From NCBI GenBank assembly GCA_037481815.1, contig JBBFKX010000001.1, forward strand, positions 512,001-576,000: DNA of 64,000 nt, in the 5' to 3' direction. Both the position numbers and the translations under genes were made by a program. Within the stretch, counting starts at the first letter, position 1. Each line of letters opens with the position of its first letter. The notes below the pieces were generated by a model, which was not told the DNA's origin, made no database searches, and saw only the letters and a list, made by a program, of their open reading frames with translations. The stretch is from a candidate division WOR-3 bacterium (GTDB taxonomy: Bacteria > Hydrothermota > 32-111). Below, one piece after another: positions 9,515 through 19,975 of this stretch.

Positions 9515-10733
9515 AATCCAACATCTCCCCTTTTAAAATAACAAGATCAGGTTGATCATCTCCCGTGAAATAGAATAGTTCTTTAAAATCATCTCTCTTA
9601 AACATTAAAATATCAGCATCCTTTCCCTCATGGAGGGAACCTTTGTTTTTTAGATCGAGTGAAAAAGCAGGATTTAAAGTTATTCCATAAATGAGTTCCT
9701 CATATGTTAAACCATAATTTATCATCCCAATGGTTGCTGAGAGAAGTAACGAATAACATGGAGAGGAACCAGGATTAAAATCTGTTGATATAGCGATGAT
9801 ATTCCCCACTTCCCTCATCTTTTCGATCGGTGGTCTACCTTTTAATTTTAAAAAGAAGTTTGTAGCAGGAAGAAGTGTTATTACAGTGTTGTTTTCTTTA
9901 AGGTATTGTAAATCTTGTTCATCGGGAAAATTAAAATGATCGACCGATTTTGCTTTCAATTTTCTTGCAACAAAAGAACCACCGGAGTTTTCAATCTCAT
10001 CCGCATGAACTCTCGCTTTTAATCCATATTCGATTCCCTTTTCAAGAATCTCAATCGCCTCATCTTTTGTAAAAACACCTTTTTCACAAAAAACATCGAT
10101 AAAATCTGCAAGTCCTTCCTGTGCAACAAAAGGTATCATCTCTTCTTTTAAAAATTTTAAATAGTACTCTCTTTTATCTTTAAACTCCTCAGGTATCTCA
10201 TGTGCACCCAGAAATGTGGATCTGATCTCGATAGGAAAAATTTTTTTCAACTCTTTGATCACTTTCAACTGTTTTATCTCTGTATCCCTGTCGAGCCCAT
10301 ATCCAGATTTTATTTCAATCGATGTTATCCCCTTTTTCAAAAATTTTTTAAGGCGCTCTTTTGATTCCTCTAAAAGATTTTCAAAACTGACATCTCTTGT
10401 GAACCTTACGCTTTTTTTTATTCCACCACCACTTTTTGCAATCTCCTTATAAGCAACTCCCTGTGCTCTCATCAAAAACTCATCTGCTCTTGAACCTGAG
10501 AAAACAAGATGTGAGTGAGATTCGACAAATCCGGGAGTCACAATAAATGAAGAGCAATCTATCGTTTTATCTGCTTTTTCTTCAATATCTTTCCCAATCC
10601 TTTTTATTTTTCCGTTTTCTATCACTATCGTATTTGCTGAAGATAGAGGTGAATTAAAATTGTCAAGAGTAACAAAACCCCTTTTATCATAACATGAAAC
10701 GATCTGTTTGATATTTTTTAAAATAGTTCTCAT
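9501..10733 (-). CDS. hutI: Imidazolonepropionase
   Basis: PGFVESHSHLVF, EIKSGYGL, FLGAH, DVFCE, HADE, TDFNPGSSP. Confidence 0.95.
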   Translation of the reverse strand: MRTILKNIKQIVSCYDKRGFVTLDNFNSPLSSANTIVIENGKIKRIGKDIEEKADKTIDCSSFIVTPGFVESHSHLVFSGSRADEFLMRAQGVAYKEIAKSGGGIKKSVRFTRDVSFENLLEESKERLKKFLKKGITSIEIKSGYGLDRDTEIKQLKVIKELKKIFPIEIRSTFLGAHEIPEEFKDKREYYLKFLKEEMIPFVAQEGLADFIDVFCEKGVFTKDEAIEILEKGIEYGLKARVHADEIENSGGSFVARKLKAKSVDHFNFPDEQDLQYLKENNTVITLLPATNFFLKLKGRPPIEKMREVGNIIAISTDFNPGSSPCYSLLLSATIGMINYGLTYEELIYGITLNPAFSLDLKNKGSLHEGKDADILMFKRDDFKELFYFTGDDQPDLVILKGEMLDFGKI

Positions 10734-10736
10734 GAT

Positions 10737-12395
10737 CTATTGATCGAGCATTGGCATTTTTATCTTTTCTTTTTTTGCTGTATCTATAGCTATCTGATAA
10801 CCTGCATCAGCATGTCTTACAACACCAAGCCCGGGATCGTTTGTTAAAACCCTTTCAATCTTCTTCTCCTGAAGTTCTGTTCCATCAGCAAGTATAACCT
10901 GCCCAGCATGTATCGAATAACCTATTCCAACACCACCCCCATGGTGCAAAGAAACCCATGTGGCTCCAGATGCAACATTAAGCATCGCGTTTAAAACAGG
11001 CCAATCAGCAATAGCGTCCGAACCATCCTTCATCGCCTCTGTCTCTCGGTTTGGTGATGCAGCACCACCGGTATCATGATGATCTCTACCGATCACAACA
11101 GGGCCAGATAATCTTCCCTTTTTGACCATATCGTTTATCATAAGACCAAATCTGGCTCTTTCTCCTTGTTTCAGCCAGCAGATCCTTGCAGGTAGTCCCT
11201 GAAATCTCACCAATTTTTCAGCCATCTCAATCCATTTCCTTAAATGTTCATCATCAGGGAAAATTTCAAGAAGCGCCTTATCAGTTTCAAAAATATCTTT
11301 TTCATTCCCTGTCAAAGCTACCCACCTGAAAGGACCACTACCTTCTGAGAAAAGATCCCTTATGTAAGCAGGCATATAACCAACTATTTTAAAAGCATCT
11401 TTCACTCCATTATCAAAAGCTCTTTGCCTTAAATTGTTTCCATATTCAAAAACGTTAACTCCCTTTTCCTGCATTTTTAACATCGCTTCCACATGTTTTG
11501 ATATCGAATCGTAAACCTTTTTCAAATATTCATTTCTATCCTTTTCCCTAAGAACAGCCGCTTCTTCAACAGAATAACCTGATGGAATATAACCATACAA
11601 AGGGTCATGTGCTGCTGTTTGATCTGTCAAAACATCGGGATATATTTCCCTTCTTACAAGTTCAGGCAAAATATCGGCGATATTTCCTAAAAGTCCAATC
11701 GAAAGTGGTTTCTTTTCTTTGAGTGCCTGATCTTTCATCTTTAACGCCTCATCGAGTGACTTTGCTTTGACATCACAATATCTTTGTGCTATCTTTCGAT
11801 CTATATGTGATTCATCAACCTCAACAACAATAACAACTCCATCGTTCATAACAGCAGCAAGTGGTTGTGCTCCTCCCATCTCTCCAAGTCCAGCTGTTAA
11901 AACCCATTTTCCTTTCAATGTCCCACCATAAAGTTTTTTTGCTATAGCATAAAATGTTTCATAAGTTCCCTGGAGTATTCCCTGAGTTCCAATATAGATC
12001 CATGAACCAGCAGTCATCTGCCCATAACATGTGAGTCCCATCGATTCCAATCTTAAAAACTCCTCAAGTGTTGCCCATTTCGGAACAAGTAAAGAGTTTG
12101 TTATTAAAACTCTCGGTGCCCATTCATGTGTTTTGAAAACAGCAACCGGTTTTCCTGATTGCATTATCAACGTTTCATCGTTATCCATATTCTGTAATGT
12201 CTCTATTATCTTATAATATGATTCCCAGTTTCTTGCCGCTTTTCCTCTTCCACCATAAACTATTAGATTTTCAGGATCCTTGGCAACATCCGGATCAAGA
12301 TTGTTCATAAGCATTCTCATCGGTGCTTCAAGTTGCCATGATTTGCAGGAAAGTTTTGTTCCTCTTGGGGCATGTATTGGTTTATACTCTCTCAT
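10737..12395 (-). CDS. hutU: Urocanate hydratase
   Basis: [41 protein letters not shown]. Confidence 0.97.
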   Translation of the reverse strand: MREYKPIHAPRGTKLSCKSWQLEAPMRMLMNNLDPDVAKDPENLIVYGGRGKAARNWESYYKIIETLQNMDNDETLIMQSGKPVAVFKTHEWAPRVLITNSLLVPKWATLEEFLRLESMGLTCYGQMTAGSWIYIGTQGILQGTYETFYAIAKKLYGGTLKGKWVLTAGLGEMGGAQPLAAVMNDGVVIVVEVDESHIDRKIAQRYCDVKAKSLDEALKMKDQALKEKKPLSIGLLGNIADILPELVRREIYPDVLTDQTAAHDPLYGYIPSGYSVEEAAVLREKDRNEYLKKVYDSISKHVEAMLKMQEKGVNVFEYGNNLRQRAFDNGVKDAFKIVGYMPAYIRDLFSEGSGPFRWVALTGNEKDIFETDKALLEIFPDDEHLRKWIEMAEKLVRFQGLPARICWLKQGERARFGLMINDMVKKGRLSGPVVIGRDHHDTGGAASPNRETEAMKDGSDAIADWPVLNAMLNVASGATWVSLHHGGGVGIGYSIHAGQVILADGTELQEKKIERVLTNDPGLGVVRHADAGYQIAIDTAKKEKIKMPMLDQ

Positions 12396-12403
12396 AAATA
12401 CTC

Positions 12404-13924
12404 CTATTTTAATTTCAAATAATTTTCAACTTTTTCCACAACTTTACCTGAGTATGTCAGTTCGAATATCTTTTCAACATCCTTATAGAAAGCTCTATCA
12501 CCATCGATAGGTTTTATATTTTCAAAAAACCAAACCATCAGTTCATTTAAAGGTTTTGAACTTAAAAGGGGCCTTCTTAAATACAAAGCTGTCATAGCAG
12601 CAAAAAGTTCTATCGAAAGTATATAAAAACTATTTTCAATAACATCTCTGAGTTTTCTCGCAGAAATCGTTCCCATTGATACATGATCCTCCTGTCCCAG
12701 TGATGTTGGAATAGAATCAACACTTGCAGGATGCGCAAGCACTTTATTCTCGGATACAAGGGATGCTGTTGTTACCTGCAACATCATAAAACCACTGTTT
12801 ATACCAACATCCTTTATTAAAAATGGATAAAGTCCAGTCTGCACAGGATCAAGTAATCTGTACAATCTTCTATCGGAAATGTTCCCGAGTTCACACAAAC
12901 CTATTTTCAAAGAGTCCAAAACTGTTGCGATTATCTGACCATGAAAATTCCCGCCGGAAATTACTTCTTTCTCTTTTATAAACACGAGGGGGTTATCAGT
13001 TGAAGAGTTGAACTCTTTCTCTACCACACCTTTAGCAAAATAATAAACTTCTCTCGCTGCACCATGAACCTGCGGTATACATCTGATCGAATATGGATCC
13101 TGAACCTTGGAACAATTCCTGTGAGATTTTCTTATCTGGGATCCTTTTAAAAGATTAAAAATATTATAAGCACTATCAGCCTGTCCCTGATGATTTCTGA
13201 TATCCGAAATCCTTTTTTCAAATGGGATATCCGTTGATAACAATGCATCGGCCGATGCTGCTGCAACGATATCTGAAAGTTTCAACAGTATCTCACCTTT
13301 CACAAGAGAATACCCTGCAATTGATGTCATCATCTGAGTTCCATTTATCAAGGCAAGCCCTTCTTTTGGTTTCAGTTTAACAGGTTTAATTTTATTTTTA
13401 TTTAACACGTTTATACTCTTCACTCTTTTACCATTTTCTATACATTCGCCCTCACCTATTAAAACCAATGCTATATGGGCAAGTGGTGCAAGATCACCAC
13501 TTGCTCCAACAGAACCTTTCTGTGGAACGTATGGATATATTTTTTTGTTCAAAATCTGAATCAAACCATCCAGAGTATCAATGGAAACCCCACTGTTCCC
13601 TCTAATGATCGTATTGATTCTCAAAAGGATCGCTCCTCTGACTTCATAAAAGGAAAATGGCTCCCCAACGCCAACAGAATGTGATCTTAGAATGTTTTCC
13701 TGTAAAATTTCTATTTTATTTTTCGGAATAGTCACATCAACAAGTTTTCCAAAACCTGTTGTAACCCCATAAACCCTTTTGTTTTCTTTCACGATTTTTT
13801 CAATGATACTATATGACTCTTTTACTCTTTTTAAAGCGGAATCAGATATTTTTACCTCTTCAAGATCAAAAACAATCCTTTTGAATTTAACAAGATCAAG
13901 GTTAAAACCATCAAGTAAAACCAT
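12404..13924 (-). CDS. hutH: Histidine ammonia-lyase
   Basis: [11 protein letters not shown]-forming [23 protein letters not shown]. Confidence 0.97.
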   Translation of the reverse strand: MVLLDGFNLDLVKFKRIVFDLEEVKISDSALKRVKESYSIIEKIVKENKRVYGVTTGFGKLVDVTIPKNKIEILQENILRSHSVGVGEPFSFYEVRGAILLRINTIIRGNSGVSIDTLDGLIQILNKKIYPYVPQKGSVGASGDLAPLAHIALVLIGEGECIENGKRVKSINVLNKNKIKPVKLKPKEGLALINGTQMMTSIAGYSLVKGEILLKLSDIVAAASADALLSTDIPFEKRISDIRNHQGQADSAYNIFNLLKGSQIRKSHRNCSKVQDPYSIRCIPQVHGAAREVYYFAKGVVEKEFNSSTDNPLVFIKEKEVISGGNFHGQIIATVLDSLKIGLCELGNISDRRLYRLLDPVQTGLYPFLIKDVGINSGFMMLQVTTASLVSENKVLAHPASVDSIPTSLGQEDHVSMGTISARKLRDVIENSFYILSIELFAAMTALYLRRPLLSSKPLNELMVWFFENIKPIDGDRAFYKDVEKIFELTYSGKVVEKVENYLKLK

Positions 13925-13959
13925 TTTTCTCCTTTTTTAATTTATTAATTTGGTTTTTT

Positions 13960-13988
13960 ATTATAATTGAGATTCTTTAAATAATCAA
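13960..13988 (-). promoter_or_regulatory. Putative sigma70 promoter of the hut operon
   Basis: Minus strand TTGATT-N17-TATAAT upstream of the hutH SD. Confidence 0.5.
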
Positions 13989-13991
13989 GAA

Positions 13992-15590
13992 TCAAAATGT
14001 CACATTGTAGATTATGAGATTCGATCGCTTTCTGAAAGTTTTTGCCTTTAAAATTACTGTATCTTTTAAGATCATCATCTGTTTAAACTCTAAAAACTGT
14101 TTTTCATCCTTTTTTACACCTATACATATAGAGTCATTCAATATCAATTCTGCAAATTCGCTTCCCTCAACATCAAGAAACATTTTCAAATTCCTGTATT
14201 TTGTAATAAAATTTTTTAGTTTTACATAAGAAAGATCTGACATCCGTAAAGACAGATAATGTGAAAAAGGAGAATAGGTTTTAATGTTCAGATCAATGAA
14301 TCTATCCTTAGAGAATTCAACAATATCGTTCGATATTATAACCTGTTCAAAAAAGTTTTTTTCTGTTCTATCATAATTTTTCAAAGGTATAAACACAACA
14401 AAAAAAATAATCGATATAGCAACTAATGAAAAATTTTTCAAAAAATTTACAGGTTTGGTTGATATAACTTTGTCTCTTTCTCTTAATAATAAAACAAAGA
14501 GTATGAATGTAGAAAAAAATGATATGAATGAAAAAATTAAAAAAATGGTTTTATCAAAAAAATTAAAAAAGAAAAAAATCAGATTCATTATGGAGACAAA
14601 ATAGAAGAGTAAAAATAAAAATTTATATTCTTTACTTTTTCCATCAATCGAAAGAAATAAAAAAAACAGAGGGTAAAGTATATGATTCTCTCTTAATCCG
14701 ATCATAAAATTGAACCAGATCAAAGAGAATAAAGATAATTTTTTAAATATACTTCCATTCGCAAAAAAACCTATAAAAATCGATATGGAGATTACCAGTA
14801 GCAGAGAATAGGAAGTTAAAGATATGTTAAAGAAATTTTTTACTGGATCCAAAACATGATTGTAGGAAATGATTGAAAGCAGGTTAAAAGAATAACCTGA
14901 AAATGGTAACATGTACGTTGAATTTTCATATATCAACCTCAAAGTTTTAAAAAACCTTCCTGCAACAACGAATGGAAGAAATATTAAAAATGTCGTTCCT
15001 AAAAATGTTAAAAGGGTTTTAAAGAAAAAAGTTTTATTAAAATTTTTTTTAAAATAATGCAAAAATATAAGCAACACAAAAAAAGGTGCTGTTTGTTTAC
15101 TGAAAAAAAGTAAAGTTAAGATAAAAGTCCCACAAACAAAATCTTTTCTTTCAAATAAGAAGATAGTAACAAACATAAAAAACAGAATAATTATATCAAA
15201 TTGGCCATTTGATACGATCGAAATATAGAAAGGAACAATCAAAATTACAATTTTAAACAAAGATAGTTTATCTTTATAAAGAAAAAGAAACAGAGAAAGG
15301 AGGATAACGAGAGGAAAAATTTTATAAAAATTCAAATAGGGAACCGACATAAGTTTCAAAGGAGTAAAAAATGAAATTATTCTTCCCTGAAAAATTGCGA
15401 TGTAAGATCCAAAAGGAAGATAATCACAGAATCTGTCAAAATAGTTGTTTCTGTTATAAATTTCATCGAGTCCATACTTTAAGGAGTTGTATGCCCAGAC
15501 ATGGTATGAATATACATCATACTGAAATATGAAAAGAAAAGGTATAACAAAAAAAAGTATAGATAAGAGAACAAGAGCAAATCTTTTCAT
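13992..15590 (-). CDS. Polytopic membrane protein, probable GT-C glycosyltransferase
   Basis: Many TM segments; DVYSY..W, DYLP, GQFD, KQ and RENHILY motifs resemble GT87/PIG-M-like mannosyltransferases. Confidence 0.55.
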   Translation of the reverse strand: MKRFALVLLSILFFVIPFLFIFQYDVYSYHVWAYNSLKYGLDEIYNRNNYFDRFCDYLPFGSYIAIFQGRIISFFTPLKLMSVPYLNFYKIFPLVILLSLFLFLYKDKLSLFKIVILIVPFYISIVSNGQFDIIILFFMFVTIFLFERKDFVCGTFILTLLFFSKQTAPFFVLLIFLHYFKKNFNKTFFFKTLLTFLGTTFLIFLPFVVAGRFFKTLRLIYENSTYMLPFSGYSFNLLSIISYNHVLDPVKNFFNISLTSYSLLLVISISIFIGFFANGSIFKKLSLFSLIWFNFMIGLRENHILYPLFFLFLSIDGKSKEYKFLFLLFYFVSIMNLIFFFFNFFDKTIFLIFSFISFFSTFILFVLLLRERDKVISTKPVNFLKNFSLVAISIIFFVVFIPLKNYDRTEKNFFEQVIISNDIVEFSKDRFIDLNIKTYSPFSHYLSLRMSDLSYVKLKNFITKYRNLKMFLDVEGSEFAELILNDSICIGVKKDEKQFLEFKQMMILKDTVILKAKTFRKRSNLIIYNVTF

Positions 15591-15596
15591 ATATAA

Positions 15597-15624
15597 ATTA
15601 TAAAAACAAAAAATTTTCAGTCAA
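15597..15624 (-). promoter_or_regulatory. sigma70 promoter, leaderless-type
   Basis: TTGACT-N16-TATAAT with the ATG 6 nt after the -10 box and no SD. Confidence 0.6.
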
Positions 15625-15637
15625 CAAACAAAAAATC

Positions 15638-15665
15638 TTGACAAAAATATTTTTTCGATTATACT
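15638..15665 (+). promoter_or_regulatory. sigma70 promoter of the ars operon
   Basis: TTGACA-N16-TATACT. Confidence 0.65.
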
Positions 15666-15676
15666 TAAAAAAAAGT

Positions 15677-15700
15677 TTATATAAGGATTTCTTTATATAA
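15677..15700. promoter_or_regulatory. Putative ArsR/SmtB operator
   Basis: Imperfect 24-bp palindrome TTATATAAGGAT/TTCTTTATATAA between the promoter and arsR. Confidence 0.6.
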
Positions 15701-15748
15701 GTAAAATTTTATAAAATGTGCTTATAATTAGAATCTGGAGGTTCATCG

Positions 15749-16069
15749 ATGAAATATAGTGACAGGGTTTTAAAAAAATTGAAAGCACTTTCAGATAAAA
15801 CAAGGTTGGAGATAGTTTCTTTATTGATCGATAAAAAAATATGTGTTTGCGAATTATCCAAAATTTTAAAAATGTCACAACCGAGGATATCAAGACATTT
15901 AAAAATCTTAACAGAAAGTGGTATATTAAAATATGAAAAGGTAGCCCAAAAAGTTTTCTACTATATAAACAGAAAAGATAAAACAAATAAATCGATCATA
16001 AACCTTATTGAAAGGGAGTTGTATGAAGAAAGAAAAAATAAAAGTCCTGTTTGCGTGTGTAGAAAATAG
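15749..16069 (+). CDS. arsR: ArsR/SmtB family repressor
   Basis: LKALSDKTRLEI, ICVCEL metal site, SQPRISRHLKIL HTH. Confidence 0.9.
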   Translation: MKYSDRVLKKLKALSDKTRLEIVSLLIDKKICVCELSKILKMSQPRISRHLKILTESGILKYEKVAQKVFYYINRKDKTNKSIINLIERELYEERKNKSPVCVCRK

Positions 16070-16430
16070 TTTTAGGAGTCAGATAGCAGAAGGAGTTGCG
16101 AAAAAATTTTTTTCTGATTACATTGAAGCATATTCTGCTGGTTCAAAACCTACTCATACGATAAACCCTAAGGCAAAAATAGTGCTTGAAGAGATAGGTT
16201 TTGATACATCAACATTAAAACCAAAAGGTTTTTTTGATCTACCGGAAGTTGAGTTTGATTACCTGGTGACGATGGGTTGTAAAGAGGTCTGTCCAATATT
16301 CCCTTCCAAAAAAAGTTTAAACTGGGAACTTGATGATATAAAAAACGATCCAATCGAAAAAATTCGTGAAATGAGAGAACTTATAAAAAGTAAAATTCAA
16401 GAAATTGTTGATGAGGAGTTTAAAAATTAA
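16023..16430 (+). CDS. arsC: Arsenate reductase, thioredoxin-dependent LMW-PTP family
   Basis: VLFACVENSFRSQIAEG P-loop, SAGS, MGCKEVCP cysteine pair. Confidence 0.8.
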   Translation: MKKEKIKVLFACVENSFRSQIAEGVAKKFFSDYIEAYSAGSKPTHTINPKAKIVLEEIGFDTSTLKPKGFFDLPEVEFDYLVTMGCKEVCPIFPSKKSLNWELDDIKNDPIEKIREMRELIKSKIQEIVDEEFKN

Positions 16431-16482
16431 AATCTGAATTTTTCAAAAATATTTGTAAAACAAAAATTTTAGGAGTAAGAAA

Positions 16483-17775
16483 ATGAGTGAAGATTTAAAA
16501 AAGTTATTTTTGATGATCTTTATTTTTTTGTCAGCATACTTTTTACCGTTAAATTCAAAGACAATTCAGGATGCGATATTATCCTCCTTCTTTCTCTTAC
16601 AGGATTATGCTCAAAAACATGTGATTTTATGTCTCATTCCTGCATTTTTTATAGCGGGTGCTATGGGTGTTTTCATATCATCGGATACTGTTTTAAAATA
16701 TCTTGGAAGTAAAGCAAATCAAATTGTTGCATACTTTATAGCTTCAGTTTCTGGAGCGATACTTGCAGTTTGTTCATGCACCGTTCTTCCACTATTCGCA
16801 GGCATATATAAAAAAGGTGCGGGACTTGGGCCTGCTATTGCATTTTTGTATTCAGGGCCTGCTATAAATATTCTTGCGATAATTCTAACCGCTAAAGTTC
16901 TTGGATTTCAGATGGGTCTTTTTAGAGCAATATTTGCTGTATCACTTTCGATAATCATAGGTCTTCTTATGTCTTTAACTTTTAGAGAAAAAAAGGAAAC
17001 ATCTGATAAAAACGATTCTACTGAGAAAAATATTGACAGAAAAAGATATTTTCTCTTGAATATGATCCATTTTATCGCAATGATTGGAATACTTGTTTTC
17101 TCGAACTGGGCAAAAACTGATAATCTAACAGGACTCTGGTTTTTTGTTTACAAAATAAAATGGATTTTGGTTTCTGTTTTTACAATACTTTTGGGTTTTT
17201 CATTAAACAAACTTTTAAATATAAAAGTATTATACCTTTTAATTTCTTCCGTCGTTCTTTTAATCATTTATTTAACATTTAAATCTCCAATTATAACTTT
17301 TACAACAGGAATAATAATCCTTGTTTTACTTTTACTCAAAGGTAACGAAAAATCTCAAATCTGGCTTGATACCACAAAAGATTTCGCTTTCCAAATAATG
17401 CCGCTTCTTTTTTCAGGTATACTTATCGCCGGATTTTTGCTTGGAACACCTGATGGGAGGATTGGTCTTATTCCAAAACATTGGATCTCAAAACTCGTCG
17501 GTGGGAATTCGATCTTTTCAAACCTTTTCGCTTCAGTTGTTGGAGCTTTTATGTATTTTGCAACTTTAACAGAAGTCCCAATAATACAGGGCCTTATGAA
17601 CTCAGGAATGGGAAAAGGTCCAGCTTTATCTCTTCTTTTAGCAGGTCCCGCTCTTTCCTTACCTAATATGCTTGTTATAAGAAGTATACTTGGAACGAGA
17701 AAAACTTTTTTTTATGTAGGTTATGTTATAGTTCTTTCAACTATAGCAGGATTTGTTTTTGGTTTTACAAATTAA
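16483..17775 (+). CDS. ArsP/DUF318 permease
   Basis: AVCSCTVLPLF, SGPAINIL, MYFATLTEVP, GPALSLP. Confidence 0.85.
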   Translation: MSEDLKKLFLMIFIFLSAYFLPLNSKTIQDAILSSFFLLQDYAQKHVILCLIPAFFIAGAMGVFISSDTVLKYLGSKANQIVAYFIASVSGAILAVCSCTVLPLFAGIYKKGAGLGPAIAFLYSGPAINILAIILTAKVLGFQMGLFRAIFAVSLSIIIGLLMSLTFREKKETSDKNDSTEKNIDRKRYFLLNMIHFIAMIGILVFSNWAKTDNLTGLWFFVYKIKWILVSVFTILLGFSLNKLLNIKVLYLLISSVVLLIIYLTFKSPIITFTTGIIILVLLLLKGNEKSQIWLDTTKDFAFQIMPLLFSGILIAGFLLGTPDGRIGLIPKHWISKLVGGNSIFSNLFASVVGAFMYFATLTEVPIIQGLMNSGMGKGPALSLLLAGPALSLPNMLVIRSILGTRKTFFYVGYVIVLSTIAGFVFGFTN

Positions 17776-17788
17776 AAGGAGGTCTGGT

Positions 17789-18034
17789 ATGAAAATTCAG
17801 ATTTTAGGGAAAGGTTGTCCAAAATGTAAAAAACTTGAAGAAAACACCATAATTGCAGCAAAAGAGTTAAATCTTGAATACGATATTGAAAAGGTTCAAG
17901 AGATTACTAAAATTGTAGAGATGGGAGTAACTATAACACCAGCACTGGCAATCGATGGAAAGGTTTTAATATCAGGGCAAGTTTTATCACCAGAAGCGAT
18001 TAAAAAAATTTTAAAAGAGCATTTAAACCTTTGA
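17789..18034 (+). CDS. Small redox-active disulfide protein (thioredoxin_3 family)
   Basis: MKIQILGKGCPKC and TPALAIDG; SD AAGGAGG. Confidence 0.9.
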   Translation: MKIQILGKGCPKCKKLEENTIIAAKELNLEYDIEKVQEITKIVEMGVTITPALAIDGKVLISGQVLSPEAIKKILKEHLNL

Positions 18035-18960
18035 ATATGGAACATCAATCCCATTTCCATCAGAATTCAATCGATGATAAAGATCGACAAAACATCGATC
18101 GTAACATAGTTTTTAAATTTACCATAACAATATTCTTAAACCTTCTGATAACAATTTTTGAAATACTTGGTGGGTTTATTTCCGGATCCCTGATGTTAAT
18201 TTCAGACAGTTTACATAACTTTGCTGATTCATTTTCGTTGTTCCTTTCTTTTTTCGCTATAAAAATATCAAAAAAAGAAAAAAATAAAAGAAAAACTTTC
18301 GGGTATAAAAGAGCTGAGATCATCGTTTCACTATTCAACTCATCCTTCCTTTTGATAATCTCTTTTTCTATAATCTGGGAAAGTATTAAAAGGTTCATAA
18401 GACCAGAAATCATAGATTCGAACATCCTTCTTTTCGTTTCATCTGTTGGATTTCTGGGAAACCTGATTTCAGTTTTCATTTTACATAAAGATTCTTCGAA
18501 AAGTTTAAACATAAGATCCAGTTATCTTCATCTTTTTTCTGATACTTTGAGTTCCGTTGGCGTAATCATCGGAGCCATTTTCATTAAACTTTATAAAATC
18601 TATTTCGTTGATTCAATTCTTTCATTCTTAATATCCTTATATATAATTTTTCAAACTTATTCCATATTTAAAAAATCGATAGATATACTTATGCAATCGT
18701 CAGTTGAACTTGATTATGACTCTATAAAACACGATATAGAAAAGATCGATGGAGTCAAAAATATTCATCATGTACATACATGGATGACAAATGAAACGAC
18801 ATTCTATTTTGAAGCGCATGTAGAACTTGAAGACATGATGTTATCTCAAACATGTAGAATCTTGGAAGAAATCGAAAAACTTCTAAAAGAAAAATATGGA
18901 ATAAATCACACAACAATTCAGTTTGAAACAAACAAATGCGAAAAAAAAACTATGTTTTAA
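18031..18960 (+). CDS. Cation diffusion facilitator (CzcD/ZitB-like)
   Basis: SDSLHNFAD, TFGYKRAE, YLHLFSD, HHVHTW, HTTIQFE. Confidence 0.9.
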   Translation: MNMEHQSHFHQNSIDDKDRQNIDRNIVFKFTITIFLNLLITIFEILGGFISGSLMLISDSLHNFADSFSLFLSFFAIKISKKEKNKRKTFGYKRAEIIVSLFNSSFLLIISFSIIWESIKRFIRPEIIDSNILLFVSSVGFLGNLISVFILHKDSSKSLNIRSSYLHLFSDTLSSVGVIIGAIFIKLYKIYFVDSILSFLISLYIIFQTYSIFKKSIDILMQSSVELDYDSIKHDIEKIDGVKNIHHVHTWMTNETTFYFEAHVELEDMMLSQTCRILEEIEKLLKEKYGINHTTIQFETNKCEKKTMF

Positions 18961-19420
18961 GGATTCTATCAAAGTCAATTTTTTGAGATTCATCCAGTAT
19001 ATTCTTAAACATTCTATTCAAACAGAAGGTGTATTTTATTTTACCATTTTTCTCTTCTATTATTTTTTTCATGATTTTGATTGCTCTGTTTCCTCCCATC
19101 CAGCTAAAAGGAAAAGCCATTGTTACAAACAAGATAAAATTTTTCTCTTGAATATTTTTTAGCCCTTTTAGAAAAGTTAACACAGGATAATTTATTCCAA
19201 AAGCCCAAACAGGTCCACCAACAATTATCAGATCGAATTTTTCAATAGAAGGATATGAAACAATTTTAAATTCGCTTTTTATATTTTTTTCTGAAAGTTT
19301 TGGTTCAGTTTGTAACTCAAAAACTTCAACAGAGTTATTTTTTTCTAGTTTTTCTTTAAAAATTTCAACAACTTTTTTTGTTATTCCAGACAAAGAGTAG
19401 TAAACGATTAAAATTTTCAT
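18950..19420 (-). CDS. Flavodoxin-like protein
   Basis: VYYSLSGITKKV FMN loop, IVGGPVW. Confidence 0.75.
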   Translation of the reverse strand: MKILIVYYSLSGITKKVVEIFKEKLEKNNSVEVFELQTEPKLSEKNIKSEFKIVSYPSIEKFDLIIVGGPVWAFGINYPVLTFLKGLKNIQEKNFILFVTMAFPFSWMGGNRAIKIMKKIIEEKNGKIKYTFCLNRMFKNILDESQKIDFDRILKT

Positions 19421-19947
19421 AGAACTCCCTTTTTTAAATTACTATCAAAAATCTTTTTAAAAATTTCAAAAGTTGTATCATCGTATAACACCAGATAGAT
19501 TTTTTCGAAAACTTTACCATTCTTTTCTAAGAAATCAAAAATTGATTTAAAAGCGATTTTTGCTGCTTCATCCTTCGGGTACCTGTAAGCTCCCGTTGAG
19601 ATGGCAGGGAAAGCGATGGTTTTTAGATTATACTCGTTTGCTAATTTTAAAGAATTGTAAAAGGCATTATAAAGCAGTTTATCCTCTCCACTCTTTCCAT
19701 TTGAATAGATGGGGCCAACAGTATGTATTACATATTTTGCTTTCAATCTGTAACCTTTTGTTATTTTTGCTTCCCCTGTTTTGCAACCATTTAACTTTTT
19801 ACATTCCTTTAAAAGTTCAGGACCTGCTTTTCTATGTATAGCACCATCAACACCTCCTCCTCCGAGAAGTGTTGTGTTTGCTGCATTCACTATACAATCA
19901 ACATCTATTTCTGTTATATCACCTTTTATGATCACAACGTTTTCCAT
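19417..19947 (-). CDS. Macro domain O-acetyl-ADP-ribose deacetylase (YmdB-like)
   Basis: GDIT, VNAAN, GGGGVDGAIH, HTVGP, AFPAISTGAY. Confidence 0.92.
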   Translation of the reverse strand: MENVVIIKGDITEIDVDCIVNAANTTLLGGGGVDGAIHRKAGPELLKECKKLNGCKTGEAKITKGYRLKAKYVIHTVGPIYSNGKSGEDKLLYNAFYNSLKLANEYNLKTIAFPAISTGAYRYPKDEAAKIAFKSIFDFLEKNGKVFEKIYLVLYDDTTFEIFKKIFDSNLKKGVL

Positions 19948-19975
19948 ATTTTAATTTTACCACCAAAAATAAAAT

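Noticed and set aside
18950..19947. Macro domain-flavodoxin pair as an anti-phage or toxin-antitoxin module
   Set aside because: The macro domain is a standard YmdB type and no ADP-ribosyltransferase or sirtuin is adjacent
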